DNA from: Octopus sinensis
Taxonomy: Eukaryota
DNA: 64,000 bases
Direction of reading: 5' to 3'
Assembly: GCF_006345805.1 (NCBI RefSeq)
Contig: NC_043011.1
Location: 15,078,464 to 15,142,463 of the forward strand
Position numbers and translations under genes: made by a program. Positions 63,967 to 64,000 of the stretch are shown piece after piece. How positions within the stretch are numbered: position 1 is the first letter of the stretch; every line of letters starts with the position of its first letter. The notes beneath the pieces are model-generated. The model was given only the letters and a program-made list of their open reading frames with translations. It searched no databases and was not told where the DNA came from.

Positions 63967-64000
63967 GAATAGATATGTATATATATGTGTGTCTGTATAT

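Overview
AT-rich, microsatellite-dense eukaryotic DNA, intronic or intergenic in character. The tRNA-headed SINE families and repeat landscape look like an Octopus (coleoid cephalopod) genome; that is inference from recognition, not a database result. I see no confidently identifiable host gene, RNA gene or CRISPR array, and most ORFs in the supplied track are microsatellite or SINE read-throughs. The window is mostly transposable elements. (1) About 30 SINE copies in several modular families. (2) LINE fragments: RTE (3), R4/Dong-like, Tx1 and one young CR1-group copy with an uninterrupted 329-codon RT frame. (3) A decayed Penelope element plus three Penelope-type termini with minimal hammerhead-ribozyme cores. 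(4) Relics of a Gypsy integrase, mariner, maT and a possible hAT. (5) Five copies of a GG-ended MITE with 8-bp target duplications that carries TTAGGG repeats. Other notable structures are a 21-unit 49-bp higher-order minisatellite, several palindromes and a low-confidence set of minus-strand exon candidates.
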